A stretch of 64,000 bases of DNA from Candidatus Omnitrophota bacterium. GTDB taxonomy: Bacteria > Omnitrophota > Gorgyraeia > Gygaellales > Profunditerraquicolaceae. The stretch lies in the NCBI GenBank assembly GCA_022710715.1, contig JAKLGJ010000001.1, positions 554,041-618,040 on the forward strand, given 5' to 3'. The translations under genes were made by a program, and so were the position numbers. Below the pieces are notes generated by a model that worked only from the letters and a program-made list of their open reading frames with translations, searched no databases and was not told the DNA's origin. Positions 36,892 through 47,736 of the stretch are shown piece after piece (the stretch's first letter is position 1; each line of letters starts with the position of its first letter).

Positions 36892-37539
36892 TTATTGTGG
36901 TGAAATCAGCCGCACGATCGCCTGCAGCACCTGCTCCACGCTTTTATCCGCAGAAACGGTGCGCAGTTTCTTTTGCGTCTGATAATACTCTAATAACGCG
37001 GCGACTTCGTTCTTGTACACCGTCAGCCGTTTTTTAATCGTTTCTTCTTTGTCATCCGCGCGCTGGTACAGTTCTCCGCCGCACACATCGCAGATACCTT
37101 CCCGCTTGGGCGGCATATTCACGCGATGAAAGTTTGCGCCGCATGTGCGGCAAACCAGGCGGCCGGAAAGCCGCTGGATGACTGTTTCGTCGCTCACTTC
37201 GAGATTGAGCGCGTAATCGATGGTCATTGTAAATCCGGCGAGTATCCGGTCGAGTGTTTTCGCCTGATTGATCGTCCGGGGATATCCGTCGAGGATAAAG
37301 CCTTTTTGCACATCCGGCTGCTTGAAGCGCTCGGTGAGCATCTTGGTTACCAGCTCATCCGGCACAAGCAGTCCTTTGGTCATGTACCCCTGCGCTTCCT
37401 GACCGAGCGGCGTGTTGTTCGCGACGTTGGACCGCAGCAGGTCGCCGGTGGAAACATGCGGCAGCTTCAGCTCTTTGGAGAGCATTTTGGCATGCGTCCC
37501 TTTGCCTGCCCCCGGAGCGCCTAACAAAACCAGTCTCAT
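36892..37539 (-). CDS. adk: adenylate kinase (zinc-lid type)
   Basis: 215 aa, MRLVLLGAPGAGKGT, lid CRTCG...CDVCG. Confidence 0.9.
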   Translation of the reverse strand: MRLVLLGAPGAGKGTHAKMLSKELKLPHVSTGDLLRSNVANNTPLGQEAQGYMTKGLLVPDELVTKMLTERFKQPDVQKGFILDGYPRTINQAKTLDRILAGFTMTIDYALNLEVSDETVIQRLSGRLVCRTCGANFHRVNMPPKREGICDVCGGELYQRADDKEETIKKRLTVYKNEVAALLEYYQTQKKLRTVSADKSVEQVLQAIVRLISPQ

Positions 37540-38885
37540 ACGCGGCGTCCTTTGATCCGGGCTCCCTTGATGAAACCCTCATAATGATGCATCACCAGGT
37601 GAGATTCGATCTGTCTGATGGTATCGAGCATGACGCCGACAATGATCAGGATACCGGTGCCGCCGAAGAATGAAGCGACCAGGTACGGAACTTTAAGCCA
37701 GGCCATAATGAAATCCGGGAATATGGCGATAATTGCGATGAAGATCGCGCCGGCGAGCGTGATCCTGTTCATCACGAAATACAGGTATTCGGCAGTCGGT
37801 TTGCCGGGTCTGATCCCGGGAATGAATCCGCCGTATTTGCGCATATTCTCGGAAATATCGATCGGGTTGAAAACGATTGCATTATAGAAATAGCAGAAAA
37901 ATATGATCAAAAGCGCATAGATAAACGAATACACCCAGTGGCCGCGGGTCAAACCGGCGGCCCAGCCCTGAAAAGCGGCGTTGGGAATGAACGAAGCGAT
38001 GGTCGCGGGGAACAAGAGCAGCGATTGCGCGAAAATGATCGCGATAACTCCCGACGTATCCACTTTCAGGGGGATAAATGTCGATTGTCCCCCGTAAATC
38101 TTCCTGCCCACTATTCTGCGGGCATACTGTACCGGGATCTTGCGGTATCCCTGGGTGATCATGATGACCGAGAAAACCACCGCTACCAGGAAAAACGCCA
38201 TGATCAGCATTGTCGCCGGCTGGATCTGACGCAGCGACGGCCTGCCGGGAGACATCAGTATATACAACTGTCCGAACGCCGCCGGGATACGGGAAATGAT
38301 ACCTGCGGTGATCACCAGCGAAATCCCGTTACCGATGCCGCGTTCCTGTATCTGTTCGCCCAGCCACATGATGAAGATGGTGCCGGTGGTCAGGGTGAGC
38401 ATGGTCAAAATGCGGAATCCCCAGCCCGGGAACATGACGATGCGTAATCCGTCGAAACGGGCGGGATTTTCCAGCCAGAGCGCGATGAAGAACGACTGGA
38501 TCAGAGAAAGCACCACGGTGCCGTACCGGGTATATTGATTGATCACCTCGTAGCCGGCTTTACCCTCTTTGGAAAGCTTCTCAAAGTAAGGAATGACCGC
38601 GGTCAACAATTGCATGATGATGGACGAGGAAATATACGGCATGATCCCCAGGGCAAAAATGGTCAAACGTTCCATTGCGCCGCCGGAAAACATGTTGATA
38701 ATGCCAAAGAGCGTTCCGCCCTGGCTCTGGGCCATGCGGGTAAAAAATTCCGCCAGTGCCGCCCCGTCAATGCCGGGCGTGGGAATAAAACAGCCGATTC
38801 TATAAACGATGAACAGTGCTGCGGTTATCAATAATCTTTTCTTCAGATCGGGAATCTTAAATGCATTTGTCAATGCACTAAGCAT
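37536..38885 (-). CDS. secY: preprotein translocase subunit SecY
   Basis: 449 aa, 10 TM helices, typical SecY. Confidence 0.95.
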   Translation of the reverse strand: MLSALTNAFKIPDLKKRLLITAALFIVYRIGCFIPTPGIDGAALAEFFTRMAQSQGGTLFGIINMFSGGAMERLTIFALGIMPYISSSIIMQLLTAVIPYFEKLSKEGKAGYEVINQYTRYGTVVLSLIQSFFIALWLENPARFDGLRIVMFPGWGFRILTMLTLTTGTIFIMWLGEQIQERGIGNGISLVITAGIISRIPAAFGQLYILMSPGRPSLRQIQPATMLIMAFFLVAVVFSVIMITQGYRKIPVQYARRIVGRKIYGGQSTFIPLKVDTSGVIAIIFAQSLLLFPATIASFIPNAAFQGWAAGLTRGHWVYSFIYALLIIFFCYFYNAIVFNPIDISENMRKYGGFIPGIRPGKPTAEYLYFVMNRITLAGAIFIAIIAIFPDFIMAWLKVPYLVASFFGGTGILIIVGVMLDTIRQIESHLVMHHYEGFIKGARIKGRRV

Positions 38886-39339
38886 GTATCACCTCGATAG
38901 TTCCTCCGGCTTTTTTGATCTTCTCTTCGGCGGACTTGGAAAACGCATGCGCTTTGATACTGCAAGCCGATGTGAGCTCTCCCTCGCCGAGAATCTTGAC
39001 CAGCTTGGATCTGCTCTTGACCACGCCTTTTTCCCAGAGCACTGCGGGAGTTATCTCTTTGATTTTCATGCCGGCCAGAGTAGCAAGATTGACGATCTGG
39101 TACACCGTGGGAAATTTGCTGGTGAACCCGCGCTTGGCAAACCTGCGGATCAAGGGGCTCTGTCCGCCTTCGAAACCGGGATAGGTGGCGCGTCCTGACC
39201 GGGACGTCTGCCCTTTGCTTCCGCGTGTGGACGTCTTACCGTGTCCTGAACTCGAACCGCGTCCCAGAAGCTTTTTTTTCTTGCGCGAACCCAACGGTCT
39301 TTTGAGCGAATGAATGCCTAATACTGCTTTCTTTTCCAT
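38878..39339 (-). CDS. rplO: 50S ribosomal protein uL15
   Basis: 153 aa, Gly/Arg/Lys-rich N-terminus. Confidence 0.9.
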   Translation of the reverse strand: MEKKAVLGIHSLKRPLGSRKKKKLLGRGSSSGHGKTSTRGSKGQTSRSGRATYPGFEGGQSPLIRRFAKRGFTSKFPTVYQIVNLATLAGMKIKEITPAVLWEKGVVKSRSKLVKILGEGELTSACSIKAHAFSKSAEEKIKKAGGTIEVIHA

Positions 39340-39343
39340 GGTG

Positions 39344-39802
39344 TTATTCCTTGAGATTTTTCAATCCACCAATGGTCGCTTTGATGACATTGATGGGATT
39401 ATTGGATTTCAGACATTTGGTTAAAATATCCTTTATGCCGGCGGCTTCGCAAATTGCGCGCACCGGGCCGGAAGCGATGATGCCGGTTCCTTCGGATGCG
39501 GGCTTGAGAAGCACTTTGGCAGCGCCGAATACGCCGACGATTTCATGCGGAATGCTCGATCCGTCCATCGGGACGGTCATCATTTCCCGTTTGGCTTTGT
39601 TGAGTCCCTTACGGATGGCATCGGCGACTTCATTAGCTTTGCCCAGAGAAAATCCCACATGTCCCTTGCGGTCGCCCACCACCACCAGAGCGCTGAAAGA
39701 CATCTTTTTGCCGCCCTTGGTGACCTTGGTGACCCTGTTGATGGAAACTATCTTTTCGAGTATTTCCTGGTTGTGCTCAATTTTCATTTCGCGCATGGTC
39801 AA
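39344..39802 (-). CDS. rpsE: 30S ribosomal protein uS5 (directly adjacent to rplO; no rpmD/L30 gene between them)
   Basis: 152 aa, ...[21 protein letters not shown]... Confidence 0.95.
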   Translation of the reverse strand: MTMREMKIEHNQEILEKIVSINRVTKVTKGGKKMSFSALVVVGDRKGHVGFSLGKANEVADAIRKGLNKAKREMMTVPMDGSSIPHEIVGVFGAAKVLLKPASEGTGIIASGPVRAICEAAGIKDILTKCLKSNNPINVIKATIGGLKNLKE

Positions 39803-39821
39803 AACCTTTCAGATTGGTACG

Positions 39822-40184
39822 TTAAAATTGCAGGCCGCCTTTGCGCAGGCTGTCCGCAAAGGCTTTGATTCTGCCGTGATACAAATATCCCGCCCGGTCG
39901 AAAACGATTTTCGTTACGCCTTTGTCCTTGGCTTTACGGGCGAACACCTCGCCGAAATGCGCGGCGACCTTAAGATTACCGCCGGAGGCAAACTGTTTCT
40001 TGATCTCTTTGTCCAGCGTGGACAGGGACATGATAGTCACGTTTTTGATATCGTCGATCAGCTGGGCGGAAAGGTTATTTAAACTGCGATGTACCGCCAG
40101 CCGCGGTTTTTCTGCGGTGCCGAAAAGGGTTTTTCGTATATGCTTCTGCCGCTTGATCCTTAAAAATTCTTTTCTGTTTTCCAT
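39822..40184 (-). CDS. rplR: 50S ribosomal protein uL18
   Basis: 120 aa. Confidence 0.9.
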   Translation of the reverse strand: MENRKEFLRIKRQKHIRKTLFGTAEKPRLAVHRSLNNLSAQLIDDIKNVTIMSLSTLDKEIKKQFASGGNLKVAAHFGEVFARKAKDKGVTKIVFDRAGYLYHGRIKAFADSLRKGGLQF

Positions 40185-40200
40185 AGAGTCGATTCCTTAA

Positions 40201-40746
40201 TTATTTAGTCGTCGCCTGGGCCTTACCGACCTTCTTGCGCACCTGTTCTCCAGAGTAACGGACGCCTTTGCCTTTATACGGTTCCGGCGGATAAACGGAG
40301 CGGATTTCCGCGGCGATTTCACCGACTTTTTCCTTATCGATACCGGTAATGACTACAAAGGTCGGTTTCGGCGCTTCGATCTTGATGCCTTCAGGGGCGT
40401 TGAACACTACCTGGTGGGAGAAACCCAGATTCATGGTCAGTTTTGTGCCCTGTACCTGCGCTTTGAAACCCACGCCGACGATTTCCAGTTCTTTCTTGTA
40501 TCCTTCGACGACGCCTTTAACCATATTGGCGATCACCGCCCGCATCAGGCCGTGAAGCGCTCTGTCTGTGGAGATGTTGGACTGACGGCTGACGGTGACT
40601 TTCCCGTCGGCAACGGCAACCGTGATCCGCGGAGGAACGGTTCTGGAGAGTTTACCCTTGGGGCCTTCGACATTCACCGCGCCGTCGGCTACCGTAACTT
40701 TAACCCCGCCGGGCAGTGCTACCGGTTTGTTTCCAATACGTGACAT
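40201..40746 (-). CDS. rplF: 50S ribosomal protein uL6
   Basis: 181 aa, MSRIGNKPVALPGGVKV... Confidence 0.95.
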   Translation of the reverse strand: MSRIGNKPVALPGGVKVTVADGAVNVEGPKGKLSRTVPPRITVAVADGKVTVSRQSNISTDRALHGLMRAVIANMVKGVVEGYKKELEIVGVGFKAQVQGTKLTMNLGFSHQVVFNAPEGIKIEAPKPTFVVITGIDKEKVGEIAAEIRSVYPPEPYKGKGVRYSGEQVRKKVGKAQATTK

Positions 40747-40778
40747 AGTTATTCTCGCTCGTTAATTGTGGTGAAACG

Positions 40779-41174
40779 TTACCAAATGTATCCGATCACT
40801 TCGCCGCCGACCCGCTTTTCTTTGGCTTCCTTACCGGTCATAATACCCTGCGAAGTGGTGATGATTGCCAGACCTTTTCCGCGCAGCACATTAGGCACCC
40901 TGGCGGCCTGCACATGCTTGCGCAGTCCCGGCCGGGACACCCGCTGTATGTGGCGGATCGCGCTGCGTTTGTTGCTGTATTTAAGGTAAATGCGCAGCAA
41001 TCCCTGTTTCTTATCCTCAATCGGTTTGAAGTTTTCGATATAATTCTCTTTCTTGAGGATATCCATGATCGCAGTATTCATTTTCGAAGCGGGTACATCC
41101 ACGTTCTCCTTGCGCGCCATGGCGGCATTTCGAATCATGGTGAATGTGTCCGCGATCAGATCTGTTCTTGACAT
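40779..41174 (-). CDS. rpsH: 30S ribosomal protein uS8
   Basis: 131 aa, MSRTDLIADTFTMIRNA... Confidence 0.95.
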   Translation of the reverse strand: MSRTDLIADTFTMIRNAAMARKENVDVPASKMNTAIMDILKKENYIENFKPIEDKKQGLLRIYLKYSNKRSAIRHIQRVSRPGLRKHVQAARVPNVLRGKGLAIITTSQGIMTGKEAKEKRVGGEVIGYIW

Positions 41175-41214
41175 GTATACTCCTTTTCCAATGCGTCCGT
41201 ACGATTACGGTAGT

Positions 41215-41400
41215 TTACCAGCTTGCCTTCTTAACCCCGGGAATAAGACCGCGCCACGCCAGTTCGCGGAAACAGATACGGCATAACTGGAACCGTCTCA
41301 AGAATGCGCCGGATCTGCCGCACACGGGACAGCGGCGGACTTTTCTCGTCGAGAATTTCGGGGTTTTCTTTGCTTTATTGATCCAAGATTTCTTTGCCAT
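41215..41400 (-). CDS. rpsZ: 30S ribosomal protein uS14, Z-type (zinc-binding, 61 aa)
   Basis: C-x2-C...C-x2-C ([23 protein letters not shown]). Confidence 0.9.
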   Translation of the reverse strand: MAKKSWINKAKKTPKFSTRKVRRCPVCGRSGAFLRRFQLCRICFRELAWRGLIPGVKKASW

Positions 41401-41422
41401 GAACTATCAAGGCTCCTTGTGG

Positions 41423-41974
41423 TTATTCCTTCTCCTTAAACGGCATCCCGAACAATCGTAGAAGCTCCCTGGATTGTTCCATGCTCTTCGAACCTTTAAT
41501 CACGAACGTAATATCCATGCCCTGGACGCGGGTGATACGATCAAAATCGATCTCGGGAAAGATATGCTGCTCGGTCAATCCCATACTGTAGTTGAACTCT
41601 TTATCGAATGAATCGGTGGGAACGCCTCTGAAGTCCCTGATTCTGGGAAGCGCAATATTGAGGAAACGGTCCATGAATTCGTACATTTTGGTGCGGCGCA
41701 ACGTTACCTTGCAGCCGACCGGATTACCCACCTTGACTTTGAAATTCGAAATAGCCACGCGGGCCCTGCGGATCAACGGTTTCTGCCCGGTGATGGTTGC
41801 CAGTTCCTCGACAGCTTTGTCCAGAATCTTAATATCGGTAAGCGCTTCGCCCACGCCCATATTGACCACGACCTTATCGACGCGGGGAACCGCCATCTTG
41901 TTCTTGAGTTTGAATGTCTCCATCATTTTGGGGACGATTTCCGTTCTGTATTTTTCAAGTAATCTCGGTTTCAT
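41423..41974 (-). CDS. rplE: 50S ribosomal protein uL5
   Basis: 183 aa. Confidence 0.95.
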   Translation of the reverse strand: MKPRLLEKYRTEIVPKMMETFKLKNKMAVPRVDKVVVNMGVGEALTDIKILDKAVEELATITGQKPLIRRARVAISNFKVKVGNPVGCKVTLRRTKMYEFMDRFLNIALPRIRDFRGVPTDSFDKEFNYSMGLTEQHIFPEIDFDRITRVQGMDITFVIKGSKSMEQSRELLRLFGMPFKEKE

Positions 41975-41977
41975 AGG

Positions 41978-42289
41978 TTAGAGTACCCCTTGGCATTTTT
42001 TGCAAAACCGTTCCTTTTTTCCGTCTTTGGCTATCTTTAAGCCTACCCGCGCCGGTTTATTGCAGGATTTACAGACCAGCATGAGATTGGATATGGCGAT
42101 GGGCATTTCGATATTCACGATGCCGCCCTGCTGATCCTGTCTGGTCTGCCGTTTGTGTTTCTTCGCGACGTTAATATTCTCAACAAGGGCTTTGTTGCTG
42201 GCGGCAAAGATGTTGATGATCTTGCCGCGCTTACCGCGATCCTTGCCGCTGATGACAGCTACAATATCGCCTTTCTTAAGCTTGAACAT
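41978..42289 (-). CDS. rplX: 50S ribosomal protein uL24
   Basis: 103 aa, KOW motif. Confidence 0.9.
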   Translation of the reverse strand: MFKLKKGDIVAVISGKDRGKRGKIINIFAASNKALVENINVAKKHKRQTRQDQQGGIVNIEMPIAISNLMLVCKSCNKPARVGLKIAKDGKKERFCKKCQGVL

Positions 42290-42657
42290 TAAAGAACCTC
42301 CGGTGCCAGAGAGATGATCTTGGTGAAGTTCTTTTCTCTCAATTCTTTCGCCACGGGGCCGAATACGCGCGTACCCCGGGGATTGTTTGCCGTATCGATA
42401 AAAACGATGGCATTGCGGTCAAAACGCAGGATGGAACCGTCCGGCCTGCGGATGCCGGCCTTGGTGCGGACCACCACCGCTTTGCCTTTTTCCCCTTTTT
42501 TGACTACCGCGTCCGGGGACGACTCTTTAACATTTACATTGATCACGTCGCCGACTTCGGCAATCATGCCGTCTTTTTTGCCCAGAACGCCGATCATCGA
42601 AACCCGCTTTGCCCCGGTATTGTCTGCTACGTCTAGGATTGTGCGTAATTGGATCAT
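42289..42657 (-). CDS. rplN: 50S ribosomal protein uL14
   Basis: 122 aa, [17 protein letters not shown]... Confidence 0.95.
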   Translation of the reverse strand: MIQLRTILDVADNTGAKRVSMIGVLGKKDGMIAEVGDVINVNVKESSPDAVVKKGEKGKAVVVRTKAGIRRPDGSILRFDRNAIVFIDTANNPRGTRVFGPVAKELREKNFTKIISLAPEVL

Positions 42658-42935
42658 TTTATCCCGTCCTCGATTTCATGGGAAGACAGTTGAGCTTTTT
42701 TGACGATGCCCGAGATCCGGAACGTTTTTTCTTTCGACAGAGGACGAGATTGCACGATGCGGACTTCGTCGCCCATCCTGGCCTCATTCTTTTCGTCATG
42801 AGCCTTGAACGTTTTGTAGGCCTTGGTGATGCGGTCGTACTTCGGATGCTTGACCTTTCTCACCACCCTGACCACGCGGGTCTTGTTCATCTTATCACTC
42901 ACTACTGTCCCGATAAGTTCTCTCTGCTTAGCCAT
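42654..42935 (-). CDS. rpsQ: 30S ribosomal protein uS17
   Basis: 93 aa. Confidence 0.9.
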   Translation of the reverse strand: MAKQRELIGTVVSDKMNKTRVVRVVRKVKHPKYDRITKAYKTFKAHDEKNEARMGDEVRIVQSRPLSKEKTFRISGIVKKAQLSSHEIEDGIK

Positions 42936-43128
42936 TTTTCTTCTCTTTCTTGTCCTGCAGGATAGTCAGAACGCGCGCAATATCTTTCTTCACTGCGGAA
43001 AACAAATGCGGTTTTTCGACGTTACCGCCGTAACGCTGCAATGTCAGTTTATACTGTTCTTCTTTCAAAGACTTCAGTTTTGCCTGAAGTTCTTCGGTAC
43101 TCATATTTCTTAGTTCGTTGGCTTTCAT
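42928..43128 (-). CDS. rpmC: 50S ribosomal protein uL29
   Basis: 66 aa, MKANELRNMSTEELQAKL... Confidence 0.9.
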   Translation of the reverse strand: MKANELRNMSTEELQAKLKSLKEEQYKLTLQRYGGNVEKPHLFSAVKKDIARVLTILQDKKEKKNG

Positions 43129-43131
43129 GGT

Positions 43132-43554
43132 TTATCCGTTTTCGCTTGTTCTCGATACGAATTTGGTTTTCAAAGGGAGTTTATACGCGATCAACCTGAA
43201 GCAGATGCGCGCATATTCCTCCGGAACGCCGCCGAGTTCGAACAGAACGCGCCCGCGCTTGACCACAACCACCCAGTGGTCGATATCGCCCTTCCCTTTG
43301 CCCATGCGGACTTCCGCAGGCTTCTTGGTGATCGATTTGTCGGGGAAGATCCTGATCCAGAGCTTTCCGCCTTTGTGCAACTGGCGTGCAAGCACGACGC
43401 GACAGGCTTCGATCTGATTGTTCTTGATCCAGCCGTTTTCCAGGACTTTTAGACCGAATTCGCCGAACACCAGCCGGCTGCCGCGGGACGCGATGCCTCT
43501 GCGGCTTCCTTTGAGCAACTTTCGATATTTGACTCTTTTAGGTATCAATACCAT
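43132..43554 (-). CDS. rplP: 50S ribosomal protein uL16
   Basis: 140 aa. Confidence 0.95.
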   Translation of the reverse strand: MVLIPKRVKYRKLLKGSRRGIASRGSRLVFGEFGLKVLENGWIKNNQIEACRVVLARQLHKGGKLWIRIFPDKSITKKPAEVRMGKGKGDIDHWVVVVKRGRVLFELGGVPEEYARICFRLIAYKLPLKTKFVSRTSENG

Positions 43555-43566
43555 ACGTTCGCTCGC

Positions 43567-44271
43567 TTATTTTTTGACGGTTTCTTTGGTCTCTTCTTTT
43601 TTTACATCCATAGCCGCAACCGCGCTCTTCTGCGGGGCTGCAGGCGCATACACATCACCCTTGTAGATCCAAACCTTGATGCCGATCAATCCGTACGTGG
43701 TCAGACTCTCTACCTGGCCGTAATCAATATCCGCCCTGAATGTCGAAAGCGGAAGCTTCCCCTGCTTGTAGGTCTCTACGCGGCACATTTCGGCGCCGTC
43801 AAGACGTCCGGCTGCGGTGATCTTCACGCCTTTGGCTCCCGCGGTCATCGACTGTTCGATGGCGCGCTTTACCGCTCTGCGGAAAGAAACGCGTTTCTCG
43901 ATCTGTTGCGCGATGTTGAACGCGACCAGGGTAGCGTCCAGTGCGGGGTTTTTGATCTCTTCGATATCTATGGAAACTTCTTTCTTGCACATTCCGTTGA
44001 GCTCTTCGCGCAGGCGCTCGATATCCGCGCCGTGCCGTCCGATTATGATGCCGGGTTTTGCGGAATAAATACGCAGTTTGATCTTTTCAGTGACGCGCTC
44101 GATTATGATTTTTGCTATCGCGGCCAGCTTGAATTTAGCGTTGATGATCTTTCTGATCCGGTAATCCTCTTCGATAAACCGGGCGAATTCGCCGTGTTTG
44201 GCGAACCAGCGGCTGTTCCAGGATTTGTTGATTCCGATTCTCTGTAATAACGGATGAACTTTTCTTCCCAT
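43567..44271 (-). CDS. rpsC: 30S ribosomal protein uS3
   Basis: 234 aa, KH domain. Confidence 0.95.
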   Translation of the reverse strand: MGRKVHPLLQRIGINKSWNSRWFAKHGEFARFIEEDYRIRKIINAKFKLAAIAKIIIERVTEKIKLRIYSAKPGIIIGRHGADIERLREELNGMCKKEVSIDIEEIKNPALDATLVAFNIAQQIEKRVSFRRAVKRAIEQSMTAGAKGVKITAAGRLDGAEMCRVETYKQGKLPLSTFRADIDYGQVESLTTYGLIGIKVWIYKGDVYAPAAPQKSAVAAMDVKKEETKETVKK

Positions 44272-44279
44272 ACTTCTCC

Positions 44280-44615
44280 TTAAAGTGATTTTACATCAAG
44301 CTCGATCTTGATATGGGCGGTTCTCCTTACTATAGGAGTCGCTCGCCCGAAAGCAGCGGCTTTGAACCGTTTCCACATCGGCCCGACATTGCATACCGCC
44401 TTGCTCACATACAGTTGTTCCGGATTGAATCCTTTGACTTTCGCGTTGGCGACAGCTGACGCGAGAACTTTGATCAGGTATTCTTTTGCGCGCTTATCGA
44501 CTGTTTTCAAAACAGCCTGAGCGACAGATACATCTTTATGCCGTATCAGGTCGATTACCTGCCTGACCTTGGTCGGCGACATGCGAACGTGTTTGACTTC
44601 AGCTTTTGAGATCAT
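44280..44615 (-). CDS. rplV: 50S ribosomal protein uL22
   Basis: Start moved to MISKAEVKHVRMSPTKVRQV (codon 34 of the track ORF). The track ORF begins at an upstream TTG inside rpsS. Coordinate by codon arithmetic. Confidence 0.85.
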   Translation of the reverse strand: MISKAEVKHVRMSPTKVRQVIDLIRHKDVSVAQAVLKTVDKRAKEYLIKVLASAVANAKVKGFNPEQLYVSKAVCNVGPMWKRFKAAAFGRATPIVRRTAHIKIELDVKSL

Positions 44616-44625
44616 TCCTTTATCC

Positions 44626-44913
44626 TTATGTCTTCTCGGCAGCTTTCTTGGCTTTGACGCCGCCGTGCTTTCTGAAAATGCGCGAAGGCGCGAATTCCCC
44701 GAGTTTATGACCAACCATGTTTTCGGTTACAAAGACCGGCACATGCTTTTTCCCGTCGTGTACCGCGAAACTGAATCCTACGAAATCCGGCGTTACGGTC
44801 GAACGGCGTGACCAGGTTTTGATGGCTACCCGGCTGTTGGAACGGCGCGCGCGGTCGATCTTTTCCAGAAGTTTTTCATCTACGAACGGACCTTTTTTGA
44901 CGGAACGAGGCAT
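44626..44913 (-). CDS. rpsS: 30S ribosomal protein uS19
   Basis: 95 aa, [16 protein letters not shown]... Confidence 0.95.
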   Translation of the reverse strand: MPRSVKKGPFVDEKLLEKIDRARRSNSRVAIKTWSRRSTVTPDFVGFSFAVHDGKKHVPVFVTENMVGHKLGEFAPSRIFRKHGGVKAKKAAEKT

Positions 44914-44916
44914 GAC

Positions 44917-45750
44917 TTATGTTCTCCTTTTCACGATGAATTTATCCGAATATCTCAACCCTCTTCTCGTCCTGTAGCCTTTTGTCGGCTGGCCCCACGG
45001 GCTGACCGGATGAGGGTTACCCTGTCCGGATTTCCCTTCGCCGCCGCCGTGCGGATGGTCGACCGGGTTCATCGCCGAACCGCGGGACTGCGGCCTGCGG
45101 CCAAGCCGGCGGGATTTGCCGGCTTTACCGAGACGAACTGCGTCATGGTCGACATTGCCGACCTGTCCGATACTGGCAATGCAATCAAGATGGATCAGCC
45201 TGATCTCGCCCGAAGGCAGGCGCACGTGCGCGAAATCGCCCTCTTTGGCCATGATCTGCGCGGAGGCGCCGGCGGTCCTGACGATCTGCCCGCCCGAACC
45301 GCGGTTGAGCTCGAGGTTATGGATCATCGTGCCCTGCGGGATGTTGCGCAGGATCAGGCAGTTGCCGGCTTTGATTTCAGCGTTCTTATCTTTCGATGAC
45401 ACCACTTCGTCGCCCACCTGCAGTCCTACCGGGGCGAGGATATAGCGTCTTACCTTATCGGGATACTCAACCAGCGCGATGCGCGACGAACGGTTGGGGT
45501 CGTATTCGATGGCGATGATTTTGCCGGCGACGTCGATCAAATCGCGCTTAAAATCGATCAAACGGTACATACGCTTATGACCGCCGCCGCGATGCCGGAC
45601 GGTGATCCTGCCGTAACAGTTCCTGCCCGCGCTCTTCTTAAGCGGGGAAAGCAGGGCTTTTTCCGGTGAATCCTTGGTTATTTCCTTGAAATCCGGCCCC
45701 ACCATATGGCGCCGGGAAGGTGTTGTTGGTCTGAATTTTCTGATTCCCAT
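44917..45750 (-). CDS. rplB: 50S ribosomal protein uL2
   Basis: 277 aa. Confidence 0.95.
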   Translation of the reverse strand: MGIRKFRPTTPSRRHMVGPDFKEITKDSPEKALLSPLKKSAGRNCYGRITVRHRGGGHKRMYRLIDFKRDLIDVAGKIIAIEYDPNRSSRIALVEYPDKVRRYILAPVGLQVGDEVVSSKDKNAEIKAGNCLILRNIPQGTMIHNLELNRGSGGQIVRTAGASAQIMAKEGDFAHVRLPSGEIRLIHLDCIASIGQVGNVDHDAVRLGKAGKSRRLGRRPQSRGSAMNPVDHPHGGGEGKSGQGNPHPVSPWGQPTKGYRTRRGLRYSDKFIVKRRT

Positions 45751-45774
45751 AGCGTTTACCTGTTCTTGATAGCG

Positions 45775-46053
45775 TTATGCGGTTTCTATTTTGTGACCTT
45801 CCTGTAATGTCACCAAAGCCTTTTTAAAATCAGGCGTTTTACCGATTTGATATCGCACGCGCTTGGGTTTTCCGCGCACGATGGTAGTGTTCACCGACTT
45901 GACTTTCACCTTATACAGTTTCTCAACCGCCATCTTTATCTCGGTTTTATTGCTTTCGTCCCGGACAAGGAACATATACTTGTTCAACGCTTCGAAACCG
46001 GTCGATTTTTCTGTTTTAAGGAAACCTTTAATGATTTCGTAGGGTGTTTTCAT
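45775..46053 (-). CDS. rplW: 50S ribosomal protein uL23
   Basis: 92 aa. Confidence 0.9.
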   Translation of the reverse strand: MKTPYEIIKGFLKTEKSTGFEALNKYMFLVRDESNKTEIKMAVEKLYKVKVKSVNTTIVRGKPKRVRYQIGKTPDFKKALVTLQEGHKIETA

Positions 46054-46057
46054 AGGC

Positions 46058-46693
46058 TTATTTCTTTAACCGTTTAACCAGCGCGTTCAATCCGTCGTTG
46101 GTAGCCAGGACCGCATCGCTGGTCAGAACTGCGTACGTGTTGATTTGCGCCGCGGGCGCTATATTCAAGAACCCCAGGTTCCTGCCTGCGCGGGATAGTT
46201 CGTTCTCCATCTTCGCGACCACCAGCAGAACTGTGCGCGTGCCGTCGCCGATCTTCAGGTTGCCCAGCATCCGTTTGAGCTCTTTGGTCTTGCTCGCCGC
46301 GATGCTGACCTCGTCGACGATCAACAGGTTGTTTTCCGCGGCTTTCGCGGACAGCGCCTGTTTTAACGCGACTGTTTTGATTTTCTTCGGGATCGAATAG
46401 GAGAAATCCCTCGGGTGCGGCCCGAATACGACGCCGCCGTGTCTCCAGAGCGGAGAACGAGTGGAACCGACGCGAGCGCGTCCCGTTCCTTTCTGTCTCC
46501 AGGGTTTCTTGCCGCCGCCGGAGACCTCGCCCCGGGTTTTCGTCGATGCGAGCCCTTTGCGCTGGGCTGCCCGATACTGCGCGATCACCTGATAAACCGG
46601 AGAAGTTTTAATTTTATCACTAAAAATTTTCTCGTCAAGTGTTATCTTATTTATTTCTTTGCCGTTAGAATCAAATACTGGTAACGTAAACAT
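46058..46693 (-). CDS. rplD: 50S ribosomal protein uL4
   Basis: 211 aa. Confidence 0.95.
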   Translation of the reverse strand: MFTLPVFDSNGKEINKITLDEKIFSDKIKTSPVYQVIAQYRAAQRKGLASTKTRGEVSGGGKKPWRQKGTGRARVGSTRSPLWRHGGVVFGPHPRDFSYSIPKKIKTVALKQALSAKAAENNLLIVDEVSIAASKTKELKRMLGNLKIGDGTRTVLLVVAKMENELSRAGRNLGFLNIAPAAQINTYAVLTSDAVLATNDGLNALVKRLKK

Positions 46694-46696
46694 GTT

Positions 46697-47314
46697 TTAT
46701 TGCGCTTTCTTTTTCTTCGCCTTCTTGATTATCACATAGGAGTTGTTATGTCCGGGAACAGCTCCTTTGATCACGAGCAGATTGTTCTCCACGTCAACTT
46801 TCACTACCCGCAGGTTCTGGGTGGTCACCTGAACGTTGCCCATATGTCCGGGCATATGATGCCCCTTCCATACTCTGCCGGGCGTAGTGGTCGAACCGAT
46901 CGAACCCACGCGACGGTGAGTCGTGTGGCCGTGAGTCGCGGGGCCGCCATGCCAGTGCCAGCGTTTCATACCGCCCTGGAACCCTTTGCCTTTTGAGATT
47001 CCGGTCACATCGACAAAGTCGCCTACTTTGAACACGTCCGCTTTGAGCTCTTCGCCGACCTTGTATTCCCTGGCGGCTTCCTTGAGCACTTCGGCGACGA
47101 GTTTCCGGGGAGCGACATTGATTTTCTTGAAAAGCCCGAGTTCGGATTTACGCAACGCGTTTTCTTTCGCCACGTCGAATCCGACCTGTATGTTCCTGGC
47201 TTTTACCGCGAGTACCGGGCACGGACCCGCTTCAATGACGGAAACGCTCACCTTCTGGCCGTCTTCCGTGAACAGCTGTGTCATTCCGATCTTTTTTCCA
47301 AGTAATGCAGTCAT
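46697..47314 (-). CDS. rplC: 50S ribosomal protein uL3
   Basis: 205 aa, MTALLGKKIGMTQLFTEDG... Confidence 0.95.
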   Translation of the reverse strand: MTALLGKKIGMTQLFTEDGQKVSVSVIEAGPCPVLAVKARNIQVGFDVAKENALRKSELGLFKKINVAPRKLVAEVLKEAAREYKVGEELKADVFKVGDFVDVTGISKGKGFQGGMKRWHWHGGPATHGHTTHRRVGSIGSTTTPGRVWKGHHMPGHMGNVQVTTQNLRVVKVDVENNLLVIKGAVPGHNNSYVIIKKAKKKKAQ

Positions 47315-47418
47315 TTGTTAACCGTCGCATCCTTTATCTTCGGTTGCTTTCAGCGCATGTATCACTTTCGTGATTCAACGAGCGGATGAGCAACGTGGTA
47401 AAAAGGAATGCTACGCCT

Positions 47419-47718
47419 TTACTTTATTTCTACGTCAACACCAGCGGGTAGATTGAGCTTTCTCAAAGCATCAATCGTTTTCGCGGTGGGTTCGAGGATC
47501 TCTATCAACCGTTTGTGCGTCGCCAATTCGAACTGCTCGCGCGATTTCTTGTCGATGACAGGCGAGCGCAACACGGTATAGATTTCCTTTTTAGTCGGAA
47601 GAGGCAAAGGACCGGCAATCTTAGCGCCCGTGCGCTTTGCCGCTTCCACTATCTCACCGGAGGCCTGATCTAACAGGCGATGATCGTAGGCTTTGAGTTT
47701 TATTCTGATTTTTTGCAT
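47419..47718 (-). CDS. rpsJ: 30S ribosomal protein uS10
   Basis: 99 aa, [18 protein letters not shown].... An unusually long 104-nt spacer separates it from rplC. Confidence 0.95.
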   Translation of the reverse strand: MQKIRIKLKAYDHRLLDQASGEIVEAAKRTGAKIAGPLPLPTKKEIYTVLRSPVIDKKSREQFELATHKRLIEILEPTAKTIDALRKLNLPAGVDVEIK

Positions 47719-47736
47719 AGTTGTCTGTTTACCCGA

